The notes: a model not told the origin generated them from the sequence alone. 24,000 nucleotides of DNA from Aeromonas allosaccharophila (GCF_000819685.1 NZ_CDBR01000018.1:1066-25065); one strand, 5' to 3'. Positions 9,594 through 21,212 are shown, counted from the first letter of the stretch. Numbers and translations: made by a program.

Positions 9594-10799
9594 TCAGCCC
9601 TGCTTGCGGTCATCGGTGTGGGTACGCTCGGCCAGTGCCGGACCGGGCGCCTCGACGCGGGTATCAATGGTGGCGATCATCGACAGCCCCACCTGCAACG
9701 GACGACTGGCAAGCTCGGTGGGATCGAGCTCGATACGAACCGGCAAACGCTGCACCACCTTAATCCAGTTACCGGTGGCATTCTGGGCCGGGATCATGGC
9801 AAACGCCGAGCCGGTGCCGCCGGAGAAGCCGCTCACCGTGCCGTGATAGACCACTTCGTTGCCATAGAGGTCAGCGGTGATCTCGACCGGCTGGCCGATC
9901 TTGACGCTACGCAGCTCCACCTCCTTGAAGTTGGCATCCACGTGCACGGTATGCAGGGGCACCACGCTCATCAACGGTGCGCCAATCTGTACGCGCTGAC
10001 CCACCTGTACCTGACGCTTGGCGATCACACCATCGACGTTGGCAAAAATGCGGGTCCGTGACAGATCGACCCTGGCCTGCTCAAGACGGGCCTTGGCCAG
10101 CAGCACTTCCGGGTTGGTATCCACCGTGGTGTCCCGGATCAGCGCCGCATTGGCCTTTTGCGAGCCGATGGTCGAGTGTACGTTGGCCACGCTTTGCGCC
10201 GAGGAGGCGCGCGCCGCGCTCAGATTGGCCTGGGCCTGAATCAATCCATTGCGGGCATTGGTCAGCTCTTCGCCCGATACCGAGCCGGAGGCCTGCAGGG
10301 CGGCACGACGGTCAAAATCCACCTTGGCCCGATCCAGATCAGCTTGAGCCGCCTGGAGTTGCGCCTGGGCTCGCAGTTGGTCGGCCTCGCGCGCCTTCAC
10401 CTGCGCCGCCAGCCCTTCGTCATTGGCCTGGTAGCTGTGTACCCGCCGCTTGGCCAGCGCCAGGTCGGCCTCAGCCTGTGCCAATGCCAATTGGGCATCG
10501 GTGTCATCTATCTCGACCAGCAGGTCACCCTTACGGACATGCTGGGTATCGACCACCTGAATACGCTTGATGATCCCGCCCACCGCCGGAGTGACCTCGG
10601 CCAGCTCGACCGCGGTGTAGGCATTGTCGGTCGAGACATAATGCGAGCCGACGAAATACCAGTAAGCGCCATAACCACCGGCCGCGACCGCAACGGCGGC
10701 AGCCAGCCCGATAAAGCCACGACGCCGCCGGGCATTGGCCTCACGGGCATCAAACGTCTGCTCGGCAGCGGAGTCGGAGTGTTGAACTTGTTGCGACAT
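9594..10799 (-). CDS. emrA: HlyD-family membrane fusion protein (EmrA/VceA-like)
   Basis: It has an N-terminal membrane anchor (FIGLAAAVAVAAGGYGAYWYFV), a long Ala/Gln-rich coiled-coil hairpin, and lipoyl and beta-barrel segments. ATG at 10799 (MSQQVQ…) is preceded by AGGAA. The ORF is open to 10826. Confidence 0.85.
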   Translation of the reverse strand: MSQQVQHSDSAAEQTFDAREANARRRRGFIGLAAAVAVAAGGYGAYWYFVGSHYVSTDNAYTAVELAEVTPAVGGIIKRIQVVDTQHVRKGDLLVEIDDTDAQLALAQAEADLALAKRRVHSYQANDEGLAAQVKAREADQLRAQAQLQAAQADLDRAKVDFDRRAALQASGSVSGEELTNARNGLIQAQANLSAARASSAQSVANVHSTIGSQKANAALIRDTTVDTNPEVLLAKARLEQARVDLSRTRIFANVDGVIAKRQVQVGQRVQIGAPLMSVVPLHTVHVDANFKEVELRSVKIGQPVEITADLYGNEVVYHGTVSGFSGGTGSAFAMIPAQNATGNWIKVVQRLPVRIELDPTELASRPLQVGLSMIATIDTRVEAPGPALAERTHTDDRKQG

Positions 10800-10822
10800 A
10801 CAATTGAATTTCCTGTCTTTTA

Positions 10823-12268
10823 TCAAGAGTGGGCAACGCTGTAACCCGCACCCAGTGCGTGAACCAGCGAGACATCAATGGAGAGAGCGCGGGCCTGCAT
10901 GTTGACCAGTACCTGACGGCTCTGCAGCAAGGCTGCCTCGGCACTGAGCACATCCAGGTAGGTAGACAACCCGCCCTTGTAGCGGTTATTGGCAATCCGG
11001 TAGGCATCTTCGGCCGCATCCACCGCAGTCCGGGACTGGATCAACCGTGCCTTGAGCGCATCCTGGCTGGTGACGGCATCGGCCACCTGCTGCATGGCCT
11101 GGGTCAGGGTCTGGTTATATTGCGCAACGGCTTCTTGATAGCGACCACGGGCACTGTCCAGCTGACCTTCCAGCTTGCCGCCGGTAAAGATCGGCAGATA
11201 GAGGGCTCCACCGACCCCCGCCGTTTGCGATCCGGACTCGAGCAGCTTGTCGAGCCCCATCGACTGGTTACCAAAGAAGGCTGACAACGAGACGTTCGGA
11301 TAGAACAGGGTTTCTGCGACACCGACCTCCTGAGCGGCAGCTTCAACGCGCCAGCGGGCAGCGGTCACATCCGGTCTGTGCCCCAGCAAGTCGATACCGG
11401 CGCTGTCCGGCAAACCAAACACCGAGGTCATGGCCAGCGCCGGGCGCTGCAGAGCCAGTCCGCGATCCGGCCCCTTACCGAGCAGGGCGGCAATGGCATG
11501 GCTCTGCAGCACTATGGTCTCTTCCACTCCCAGCAACTCTTGCTCGGCACTCGCCTTGAGTGATTCGACCTGACGCACTGACCCCAGGGTTTCCAGACCG
11601 TTGTTGTAACGCTGCTGGAACAGGCTGACGGTCTCACTGCGGATCTTCAGCGCTTCTGCAGCTGTGTCGCGATTGGCGTACAAACGGGCCAGCTCGACAT
11701 AAGACTGCATCAGGGCACTGACCAGCACCCGCTCGGCATCGGCCTGCTCCGCTTCGCTGGCAGCCAGCGTCGAGCGCGCGGCTTCCACCGTGGCCCGGTT
11801 CTTGCCCCAAAAGTCGAACTCATAACTGAAGTTCGCCATACCGCTGCCAAACGTGTTCCAGCCATGCGGTGGCAGTGAGCTGTAGTTGTAACTCACCCGC
11901 TGCCGGGTGACATCACCACTGACAGAGAGCTGCGGCATCTCACTGGCTCCGGCTTGTCTTGCCATCCCCTCGGCACTGCGCAGACGGGCCTGTGCGATGG
12001 CCAGAGACGGCGCATTGTGCAGTGCCTCCCGGATCAGCTGATCGAGCTGATTATCACGGTAACGCTGCCACCAGCTGGATTGAGGCCAGCTGTCCTGACG
12101 CGTCGCCAGCAAACTCTTGCTGTGCTCGAGGGTATCGGCGCTGGCAAGGGCCTCGCTGGGCAGATCAGGTTGATGGGCACAACCACTGAGCAGGGCAAAC
12201 AGGGACCAACAACAGACTCGCCAACCCTGCGAATGGTTGTCTGCAACGTCACGAGAGAGGAATGACAC
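10823..12268 (-). CDS. NodT-family outer-membrane efflux lipoprotein (VceC-like)
   Basis: GTG start at 12268 with AGGAG (12274-12278) upstream. It has a lipobox LLSGC and two TolC-like repeats with coiled segments (…LDQLIREALHNAPSLAIAQARL…, …YKGGLSTYLDVLSAEAALLQSRQ…). It is the first gene of a three-gene operon with emrA and emrB. Confidence 0.85.
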   Translation of the reverse strand: MSFLSRDVADNHSQGWRVCCWSLFALLSGCAHQPDLPSEALASADTLEHSKSLLATRQDSWPQSSWWQRYRDNQLDQLIREALHNAPSLAIAQARLRSAEGMARQAGASEMPQLSVSGDVTRQRVSYNYSSLPPHGWNTFGSGMANFSYEFDFWGKNRATVEAARSTLAASEAEQADAERVLVSALMQSYVELARLYANRDTAAEALKIRSETVSLFQQRYNNGLETLGSVRQVESLKASAEQELLGVEETIVLQSHAIAALLGKGPDRGLALQRPALAMTSVFGLPDSAGIDLLGHRPDVTAARWRVEAAAQEVGVAETLFYPNVSLSAFFGNQSMGLDKLLESGSQTAGVGGALYLPIFTGGKLEGQLDSARGRYQEAVAQYNQTLTQAMQQVADAVTSQDALKARLIQSRTAVDAAEDAYRIANNRYKGGLSTYLDVLSAEAALLQSRQVLVNMQARALSIDVSLVHALGAGYSVAHS

Positions 12269-12279
12269 ATGTACTCCTG

Positions 12280-12305
12280 ATAACTGAACTGTACGGTTTA
12301 GTTAT
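12280..12305. promoter_or_regulatory. Palindromic candidate TetR operator
   Basis: ATAACTGAAC-TGTACG-GTTTAGTTAT pairs 9 of 10 positions. It sits immediately upstream of the efflux-operon RBS, in the 100-bp divergent intergenic region shared with the tetR gene. Confidence 0.45.
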
Positions 12306-12368
12306 AATTTGACAAAGCCTCTTCGTCAAGCAAAACTAGACTGATGAGTTCATTAATGAAGGTTTGCA

Positions 12369-12974
12369 ATGAGAGTTAAAAGCGAAGAACGGCGACAGGC
12401 GATCCTCGATGTTGCCAGGGAAGCGTTTACCCAGCTTGGGTTTGAAAACACCACCATGTCGGAGATCGCCAACCGGACCGGTGGGTCCAAGGCCACGCTG
12501 TATAACTATTTCAGCTCGAAAGAAGAGCTGTTTGCCGCAGTGATCGACGAGTTTGGTCGGCAGCGGATTGCGGAAGCGTTCATGTCGATGAATCCGGCCA
12601 AGCCGGTGCGCGAAGAGATCACCCGTTTAGGCCTTCACTACCTGCGTTTTATCCTCAATCCGGACGTCATTGGCCTGCGCGCGGTGATTGTCCATGAGTC
12701 CGCCCGTACCAATATTGGCCGCGAATATTATCGCCTTGGGCCACAACGCGGCTGGCAATACATCAGTCAATATATTGAACAGCAATCTCGCAGTGGCCAA
12801 CTCTGTGCTATCGAAAACAGCTGGGCGGCAGCCATGCACCTCAAAGGCTTGCTAGAGGTCGAGATGCTGGAGCCTCTCCTGCTCGGAGCAAGAGCATGTC
12901 CGGATGATAAGGAGATGGCAGAGGTCGTGGAGCGCGCCATTAACGTCTTTATGCTGGCTTACGGCCCGAGGTAA
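12369..12974 (+). CDS. TetR/AcrR-family transcriptional repressor
   Basis: 201-aa protein with an N-terminal TetR HTH (RRQAILDVAREAFTQLGFENTTMSEIANRTGGSKATLYNYFSSKEELF). GAAGG lies upstream of the ATG. It is divergent from the efflux operon. Confidence 0.85.
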   Translation: MRVKSEERRQAILDVAREAFTQLGFENTTMSEIANRTGGSKATLYNYFSSKEELFAAVIDEFGRQRIAEAFMSMNPAKPVREEITRLGLHYLRFILNPDVIGLRAVIVHESARTNIGREYYRLGPQRGWQYISQYIEQQSRSGQLCAIENSWAAAMHLKGLLEVEMLEPLLLGARACPDDKEMAEVVERAINVFMLAYGPR

Positions 12975-13397
12975 GTCGCAAGGCTGCACCGAATTCGCAG
13001 CCCTCTTTCCAGCCAATATCATCGCGCTCATAAGCCCTCGCGTCAGAATGGCCCGAACAAGCCCCTGATGTGAGGCGAAGCCGCGTTGGGCAAGAGCATC
13101 ATCACCTCCCGTTTGGTCTGGCAGTGACCTTGCGGCATCACGCATCGCTTATCAAACGAGAATACGTTCTGTGTGAGCGGCTTTTTGATTGCCTGATTCA
13201 GCGATTCAGGATCACGTTATGGGGAAGGGGGATTACGTTGTATGGTGATACCACTTTGCTCGAACAATCCAGAACGATGCAGACATCCAAAAAAAACAAA
13301 CCACTGAAAATCAGGGGTTTGTGAGTCATCTGAAACAGCGGTAAACGCCGAAAAACATCACTCGATGTTCTGGATCTGATTGTATAACTAACTGTAA

Positions 13398-13420
13398 ATG
13401 GCTATAAAAATCATAGCCAT
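13398..13420. terminator. Perfect 8-bp hairpin in the AT-rich junction region
   Basis: ATGGCTAT-AAAAATC-ATAGCCAT. T-rich sequence follows on the plus strand, and TTTAC follows on the minus strand. No adjacent gene clearly uses it. Confidence 0.25.
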
Positions 13421-13528
13421 GATGTGATTTTTCTTATTTTTTTAGAAAAAACTACCCAAAGTACTACCCAGACAATGGTCATAGCCCCCTGTTTATGCTG
13501 AACCATCCCGCGCTGGCTAAGTGGAGGT

Positions 13529-13557
13529 GGGAAAAGTGGGAAACCGGGAAAACTGGG
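13529..13557. repeat. Short tandem GGGAAA(A)NN repeats
   Basis: GGGAAAAGT GGGAAACC GGGAAAACT GGG with period 8-9, about 70 nt downstream of the hipA stop. Confidence 0.7.
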
Positions 13558-13627
13558 CCTAGATATAAGGTTGCAATGGTTGGTGCTTATGTTTTGTCTC
13601 TGGCCAGGATTCGTTTCACTTGGTTGA

Positions 13628-14938
13628 CTACAGAGTTAAACGCTGCGCTCTGGTGCTGAGCCCATCCAGAATCGAGTCCGCAATCTGGGCGGGAAATGTA
13701 TCTGGTAACTGCTGACGGACGGCCGAGATCACTTCATCCAGACTACTGGCCATTTCGTTTAGGATCATTTCCATTTGAACCTTTTCAAATCCAACCGCTT
13801 TGGCAGTCTGATAGAAATGGCGAGGAAATATCTGCTCTATCGCATATTTCTTGCCCTTAGTCGCGGTCAGGCCCATGGCCAGCTTTGCATCGCGTGGGTG
13901 TAGACCTCGGCCGCCAAACACTGGATAGACAGATAGGATGTCGTAAAAAGGGGTCAGGCGAAAACGCCCTTCCGGTTCAATAAAGACCGAGAAGTTCTTT
14001 GCATGGCCATCGGTGGCCGCCAGCAGCCAGAACAGCACCTGAGATTTCATGAACAGGTAGCGATCCTGTTCTGGTGTCGCAGAGCCCAGCAAGGTTTTCA
14101 TGATGTCAGTGATCCCCGGTCCTCCATGGCTCTCGTATTTCCGTGCTGACGGAACATTCAATACCTGACAGAAATCTTCTTGGGGAAGGCGCATGATCCA
14201 ACTGCGATCGGCAGCGTAACGTCTGTCGAAGCGTTCCACAGCCAGTGCTTTGACCTGGCCAACCTGCATCATGAAGCAGTGAGGTACGGGTAGACCAAAC
14301 TCCTTGGCAATCAGAGTGCAGATATATTCATTTTCTACGCTCTGGGAGAGGTCTATCGAGTAGGAGTGGCTTTCAATCTTGCCGATAGGGAGTTTGATAA
14401 TGTGGGTTGTCGGCGTTGCGTTGAGTGGCAAGTACCAACGGCCATCGAGATAGAGCAGCGCAGTCTTTTCTTGCGCCCCAGCGATAGAGATCCGGAACTC
14501 CTCTTGCTCCCTGACCATCCCCAAAGGGATTCCTGATTTGTAGCTGGTCAGGATATGCTCGAGCTCGTCATCGGAAAGTGCCTTGTAGTCGATTCGCCTG
14601 ACATCTGGAACATCGTGCCCTTCGGTAACCAGCTGTAATGCCCCTACGCTATCCTGGCCAATGCAACTTAGCAGATCGAAGGGCTGGGTTGATGCCGCTT
14701 GATAGCGTGCTACAACCCTGTTCCTCACCTCCGTATTATCTGGCAGCAGGTTGTCGAAGAAGTTATAGGCTTCATCGCCCCGGTAGGGCTGATGGCGCAA
14801 TGGCATGGAGAGTGAGATGGGACGGCTGCCTGGTTGTGCTAACCATGACCCATGGTACTGAAACTGATGGGCGCCGCTGGTAGTTTTGGTGAATGTGCCT
14901 ACCCGATAGCCGTTCATGTAGACAGCCAGATTGGCCAT
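13628..14938 (-). CDS. hipA: Type II toxin HipA (Ser/Thr kinase)
   Basis: The protein is collinear with E. coli HipA (…FFDNLLPDN…ISIAGAQEKTALL…TTHIIKLPIG…LAVERFDRR…LPQEDFCQ…KYESHGGPG…ATDGHAKNFSVFI…LTPFYDILS…). ATG at 14938 overlaps the hipB stop as TAATG. Confidence 0.9.
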   Translation of the reverse strand: MANLAVYMNGYRVGTFTKTTSGAHQFQYHGSWLAQPGSRPISLSMPLRHQPYRGDEAYNFFDNLLPDNTEVRNRVVARYQAASTQPFDLLSCIGQDSVGALQLVTEGHDVPDVRRIDYKALSDDELEHILTSYKSGIPLGMVREQEEFRISIAGAQEKTALLYLDGRWYLPLNATPTTHIIKLPIGKIESHSYSIDLSQSVENEYICTLIAKEFGLPVPHCFMMQVGQVKALAVERFDRRYAADRSWIMRLPQEDFCQVLNVPSARKYESHGGPGITDIMKTLLGSATPEQDRYLFMKSQVLFWLLAATDGHAKNFSVFIEPEGRFRLTPFYDILSVYPVFGGRGLHPRDAKLAMGLTATKGKKYAIEQIFPRHFYQTAKAVGFEKVQMEMILNEMASSLDEVISAVRQQLPDTFPAQIADSILDGLSTRAQRLTL

Positions 14939-15192
14939 TACCACTCCTCCTTCCAGCCTGATATAGGGCTGTCGGATGACTCATTGCGGGGTTTGATATC
15001 CAGTGACAACTCGAGTGCTGCGAGGATCTTGAACAGGGTCTCCAGCTTGGTGGACTCAGGGTTGAGCTCGAAGCTGGATACAGTGTCTTGCCTAATCCCC
15101 ACTTTCTCGGCCACTTTACCCTGGGAAAGCTTTTGCGAAAGCCTGGCATCCTTGATACAGGCGCTGAGCTGCTTGGCGCTGGTTACTTTCAT
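14938..15192 (-). CDS. hipB: HipB antitoxin (XRE-family HTH)
   Basis: MKVTSAKQLSACIKDARLSQKLSQGKVAEKVGIRQDTVSSFELNPESTKLETLFKILAALELSL…EEW has a Cro/C1 HTH and a terminal Trp as in E. coli HipB. There is a 1-nt stop/start overlap with hipA. The ORF is open to 15225, but ATG at 15192 fits homologues. Confidence 0.85.
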   Translation of the reverse strand: MKVTSAKQLSACIKDARLSQKLSQGKVAEKVGIRQDTVSSFELNPESTKLETLFKILAALELSLDIKPRNESSDSPISGWKEEW

Positions 15193-15223
15193 GATTCGAC
15201 TACCTGGTCGCGTGCGTTCTTTC

Positions 15224-15251
15224 AATTTACACGCTGTGACAGGTATATCAA
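15224..15251 (-). promoter_or_regulatory. Candidate sigma70 promoter of hipBA
   Basis: On the minus strand, TTGATA (15246-15251), a 16-nt spacer, and TAAATT (15224-15229). It overlaps the promoter-proximal dyad operator. Confidence 0.4.
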
Positions 15252-15328
15252 TGTTTACCTGTTATAGAGGGTAAATATCATTTACACGCCATAGGCGGTA
15301 TTTAACATTTATCCCCTATAGCGGGTAA
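15226..15328. promoter_or_regulatory. Four imperfect dyad repeats: candidate HipB operators
   Basis: The four dyads are TTTACACGCTGTGACAGGTAT (15226-15246), TTTACCTGTTATAGAGGGTAAA (15254-15275), TTTACACGCCATAGGCGGTA (15281-15300) and TTTATCCCCTATAGCGGGTAA (15308-15328). Each has TTTA(C/T)C … GGTA(A/T) arms about 10 bp apart. Four operators of the form TATCC-N8-GGATA are known for E. coli hipBA. Confidence 0.5.
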
Positions 15329-15361
15329 GAGAACAGCAAACAGGTAGATGATGTCGAAGTT

Positions 15362-15784
15362 TCAATCAATATGGGTAGCCAACCAGTCGAGACCTTGCTC
15401 TGCAAACGTGGACAGCTGGTCGCTGTGGCCTTGAGCAATGACGCTACGGATGATCTCGGGGTCAATATTCAGATAGTCGTGCACCAGCGCATTGCGAAGG
15501 CCACTAATCTTGCGCCAGCCGATCAAGGTGTCGGGGGATAGCTCACCACGCTGGGCCAGGATTTCGAATGCCTGATAGGCATCCTGTGGGGTATGACTTG
15601 CCAGCGTTTTGGCCCAGTGTTTTGCCACTCCAATACACGCTTCGATAGAAACCTGCAGGATTCGCTCGGCGGCGCGGTACTCCAGATTGGAAAGCGCATG
15701 CTGCGCCAGAATAGCCAAGATCTCTGACAGTTCGGCCTGATAGGCTGATGCGCAAAGCGCCGATATATAGGCGTTATCGCTCAT
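15362..15784 (-). CDS. hepT: HepT-type HEPN RNase toxin (DUF86)
   Basis: Uninterrupted 140-aa ORF with the HEPN R-x4-H-x-Y motif in GLRNALVHDYLNID. There is an ATGA start/stop overlap (15781-15784) with the upstream MNT-type gene. Confidence 0.8.
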   Translation of the reverse strand: MSDNAYISALCASAYQAELSEILAILAQHALSNLEYRAAERILQVSIEACIGVAKHWAKTLASHTPQDAYQAFEILAQRGELSPDTLIGWRKISGLRNALVHDYLNIDPEIIRSVIAQGHSDQLSTFAEQGLDWLATHID

Positions 15785-16150
15785 CTCTGCACCTCCTCCT
15801 GCAAGCGTCGTCTCTCATCATGGCTATAGAGAGGACGATTGGCATCGATTACCGCAAAAGCCAGCGAGAGCGGGGCCTGATTGATATCGACGATCGAGAG
15901 TTTCCCTGCCGCCAGCCCCAGAGCTCGTTGCCACTCCAGCACCAGCAGTTCGGGCCGCAACCGGTTTTCCAGTGCAGCACCCAGGGGGCCGCTCTGTTTG
16001 ACCGGATCAAAGGCCACCGCCAGATCCTAGTCGCTAGCGGGCCCAGCCGCCCCCCTGGCACGAGAGCCGTAAAGCCAAAGTACCTGCACTTGGAGGGGGG
16101 CTGCTGGCGAGGGCGATCAGCTGGTGAAGAACATCGCTGTCAGGTTTCAT
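15781..16150 (-). pseudogene. mntA: MntA-type nucleotidyltransferase antitoxin, disrupted by a frameshift and an in-frame TAG
   Basis: ATG at 16150 gives MKPDSDVLHQLIALASSP, then enters a C6 run (plus-strand G6 at 16095-16100) and terminates at 16034-16036. The conserved core LQVQVLWLYGSRARGAAGPASD*DLAVAFDPV… is in another frame. TAG (16027-16029) sits at the middle position of the GSx10DxD motif. Only the last 78 codons, from GTG 16017, are in frame with the hepT overlap. Confidence 0.7.
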
Positions 16151-16260
16151 ATTTGGTGCGGCCATTTGGTCGTTCGAGACAGAGTACTGGTTAGTATGGT
16201 GCCACATGGTTGGGCTTTTGTACGTAACGTCCAATGGGCTTCATCGAGCCAGCCAAAACA

Positions 16261-16269
16261 GGGGGGGGG
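16261..16269. repeat. G9 homopolymer tract
   Basis: Nine consecutive G, about 110 nt upstream of the mntA ATG on the opposite strand, in a non-coding spacer. Confidence 0.9.
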
Positions 16270-16549
16270 AATCTGTCAGTCTATGGGGTGAGAATATCAC
16301 CTCTAATCAGGTGGCCAAGTTCACTATGCCACTACAGTCGAATTGGGTCATGTGCAAACCCTCCGATGCCAGAAAGGCTCTTGATGCTGGCTGAGGGTTA
16401 TGGTGAATCAGGTAACGATATGGCGCCAACATGGCTTGGGTAATATTGACTGGAGAATTTACGCAACTTTGCTCACATTTTTGTTCAGATGCGATTGAAG
16501 TATTCCATAACTGTTTAGACAATACGCCCAAGTAACCCATTTTTATGAT

Positions 16550-16578
16550 GGCGTGTTACTGCGAAAGCAGGCAAGACC
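16550..16578 (+). promoter_or_regulatory. RAT (ribonucleic antiterminator) element for a BglG/LicT-family antiterminator
   Basis: GGCGTGTTACTGCGAAAGCAGGCAAGACC matches the RAT consensus GGATTGTTACTGC-N-GCAGGCAAAACC. Its 3' end overlaps the left arm of the downstream terminator. Confidence 0.8.
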
Positions 16579-16633
16579 AAAATAGAAATGCTCTCCCGTA
16601 AAGGGGAGCGTCTCTGTTTTGGTCTTTTTTTTT
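16574..16633 (+). terminator. Leader terminator controlled by the RAT element
   Basis: AGACCAAAATAG (16574-16585) pairs with CTGTTTTGGTCT (16614-16625). There is an inner CTCCC/GGGAG stem, followed by a T9 run (16625-16633), 22 nt before the bglF ATG. Confidence 0.8.
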
Positions 16634-16654
16634 GCCTCAATACCGAGGAACACT

Positions 16655-20792
<4,138 letters not shown>

Positions 20793-20975
20793 GTGAATGA
20801 TGGTGGTTAGATCCCTAATGCCCCAAAAAAGTAATTGATGTTTCGGAATTATTATTTAGATGGACGTCTGAATTTAATATTTTTTCTGGTTATCTAAACC
20901 ATGCATCCCTAGCTAATCCACGTAGTCTATATACACCACCCAAAGACCATCAAAAAGAGATCTTTTGGTGGCGTA

Positions 20976-21137
20976 GGCGTTGTTGAACAAACGCATATCT
21001 GCGCAGTTTCAATGATTAAAATCAGCAGAACTTTCTGTGCACCACCATAGCCGTGACACTGGAGTGCGGCTTCCAAGTGCGATGTTTAGGCCCGTGTCGC
21101 TTTTAGCCAGTGGAAAATTCTGTTATTCAACAACGCC
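20976..21137. mobile_element. 162-bp MITE with IS903-like (IS5 family) terminal inverted repeats and a 9-bp target-site duplication
   Basis: The terminal inverted repeats are GGCGTTGTTGAA(C/T)AA (20976-20990) and its complement ending at 21137, with 12 perfect bp. They are flanked directly by identical 9-bp direct repeats GGTGGCGTA (20967-20975 and 21138-21146). There is no internal ORF. The ends resemble the IS903 inverted repeat GGCTTTGTTGAATAAATC, and IS903 makes 9-bp duplications. Confidence 0.6.
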
Positions 21138-21212
21138 GGTGGCGTAGTCCAACTAGAGTTTGTTTCTTCAGATCAACATGCTACCGAAAGGTCGTGTTTT
21201 GATCGTCATGTG

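Noticed and set aside
13070-13324. 84-codon plus-strand ORF in the island junction. A related call is the 97-codon minus-strand ORF at 12852-13145.
   Set aside because: Neither has a Shine-Dalgarno sequence, their composition is odd, I recognise no family, and the minus-strand ORF overlaps the 3' end of tetR.
16034-16234. 66-codon ORF called as a separate gene upstream of hepT.
   Set aside because: Its 3' two-thirds is the N-terminal part of the frameshifted mntA gene. The extension upstream of ATG 16150 has no support. It is treated as part of the mntA pseudogene.
16473-16480. CRP half-site-like TCACATTT upstream of the bgl RAT.
   Set aside because: The partner half-site, 6 nt upstream, matches TGTGA at only 2 of 5 positions. 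That is too weak to call a CAP site without experimental or comparative support.
16307-16540. 77-codon minus-strand ORF upstream of the bgl leader. Small plus-strand ORFs also occur at 16206-16443.
   Set aside because: They have no RBS, lie in an AT-rich spacer, have Cys/Asn/Gln-rich unnatural sequence, and would run into the bgl promoter and RAT region.
20967-21146. Invertible promoter switch (inverted repeats flanking about 140 bp next to a serine recombinase).
   Set aside because: The inverted repeats are directly flanked by a perfect 9-bp direct duplication and resemble IS903 termini. That is the signature of a transposition event (a MITE), not of hix/gix-type crossover sites.
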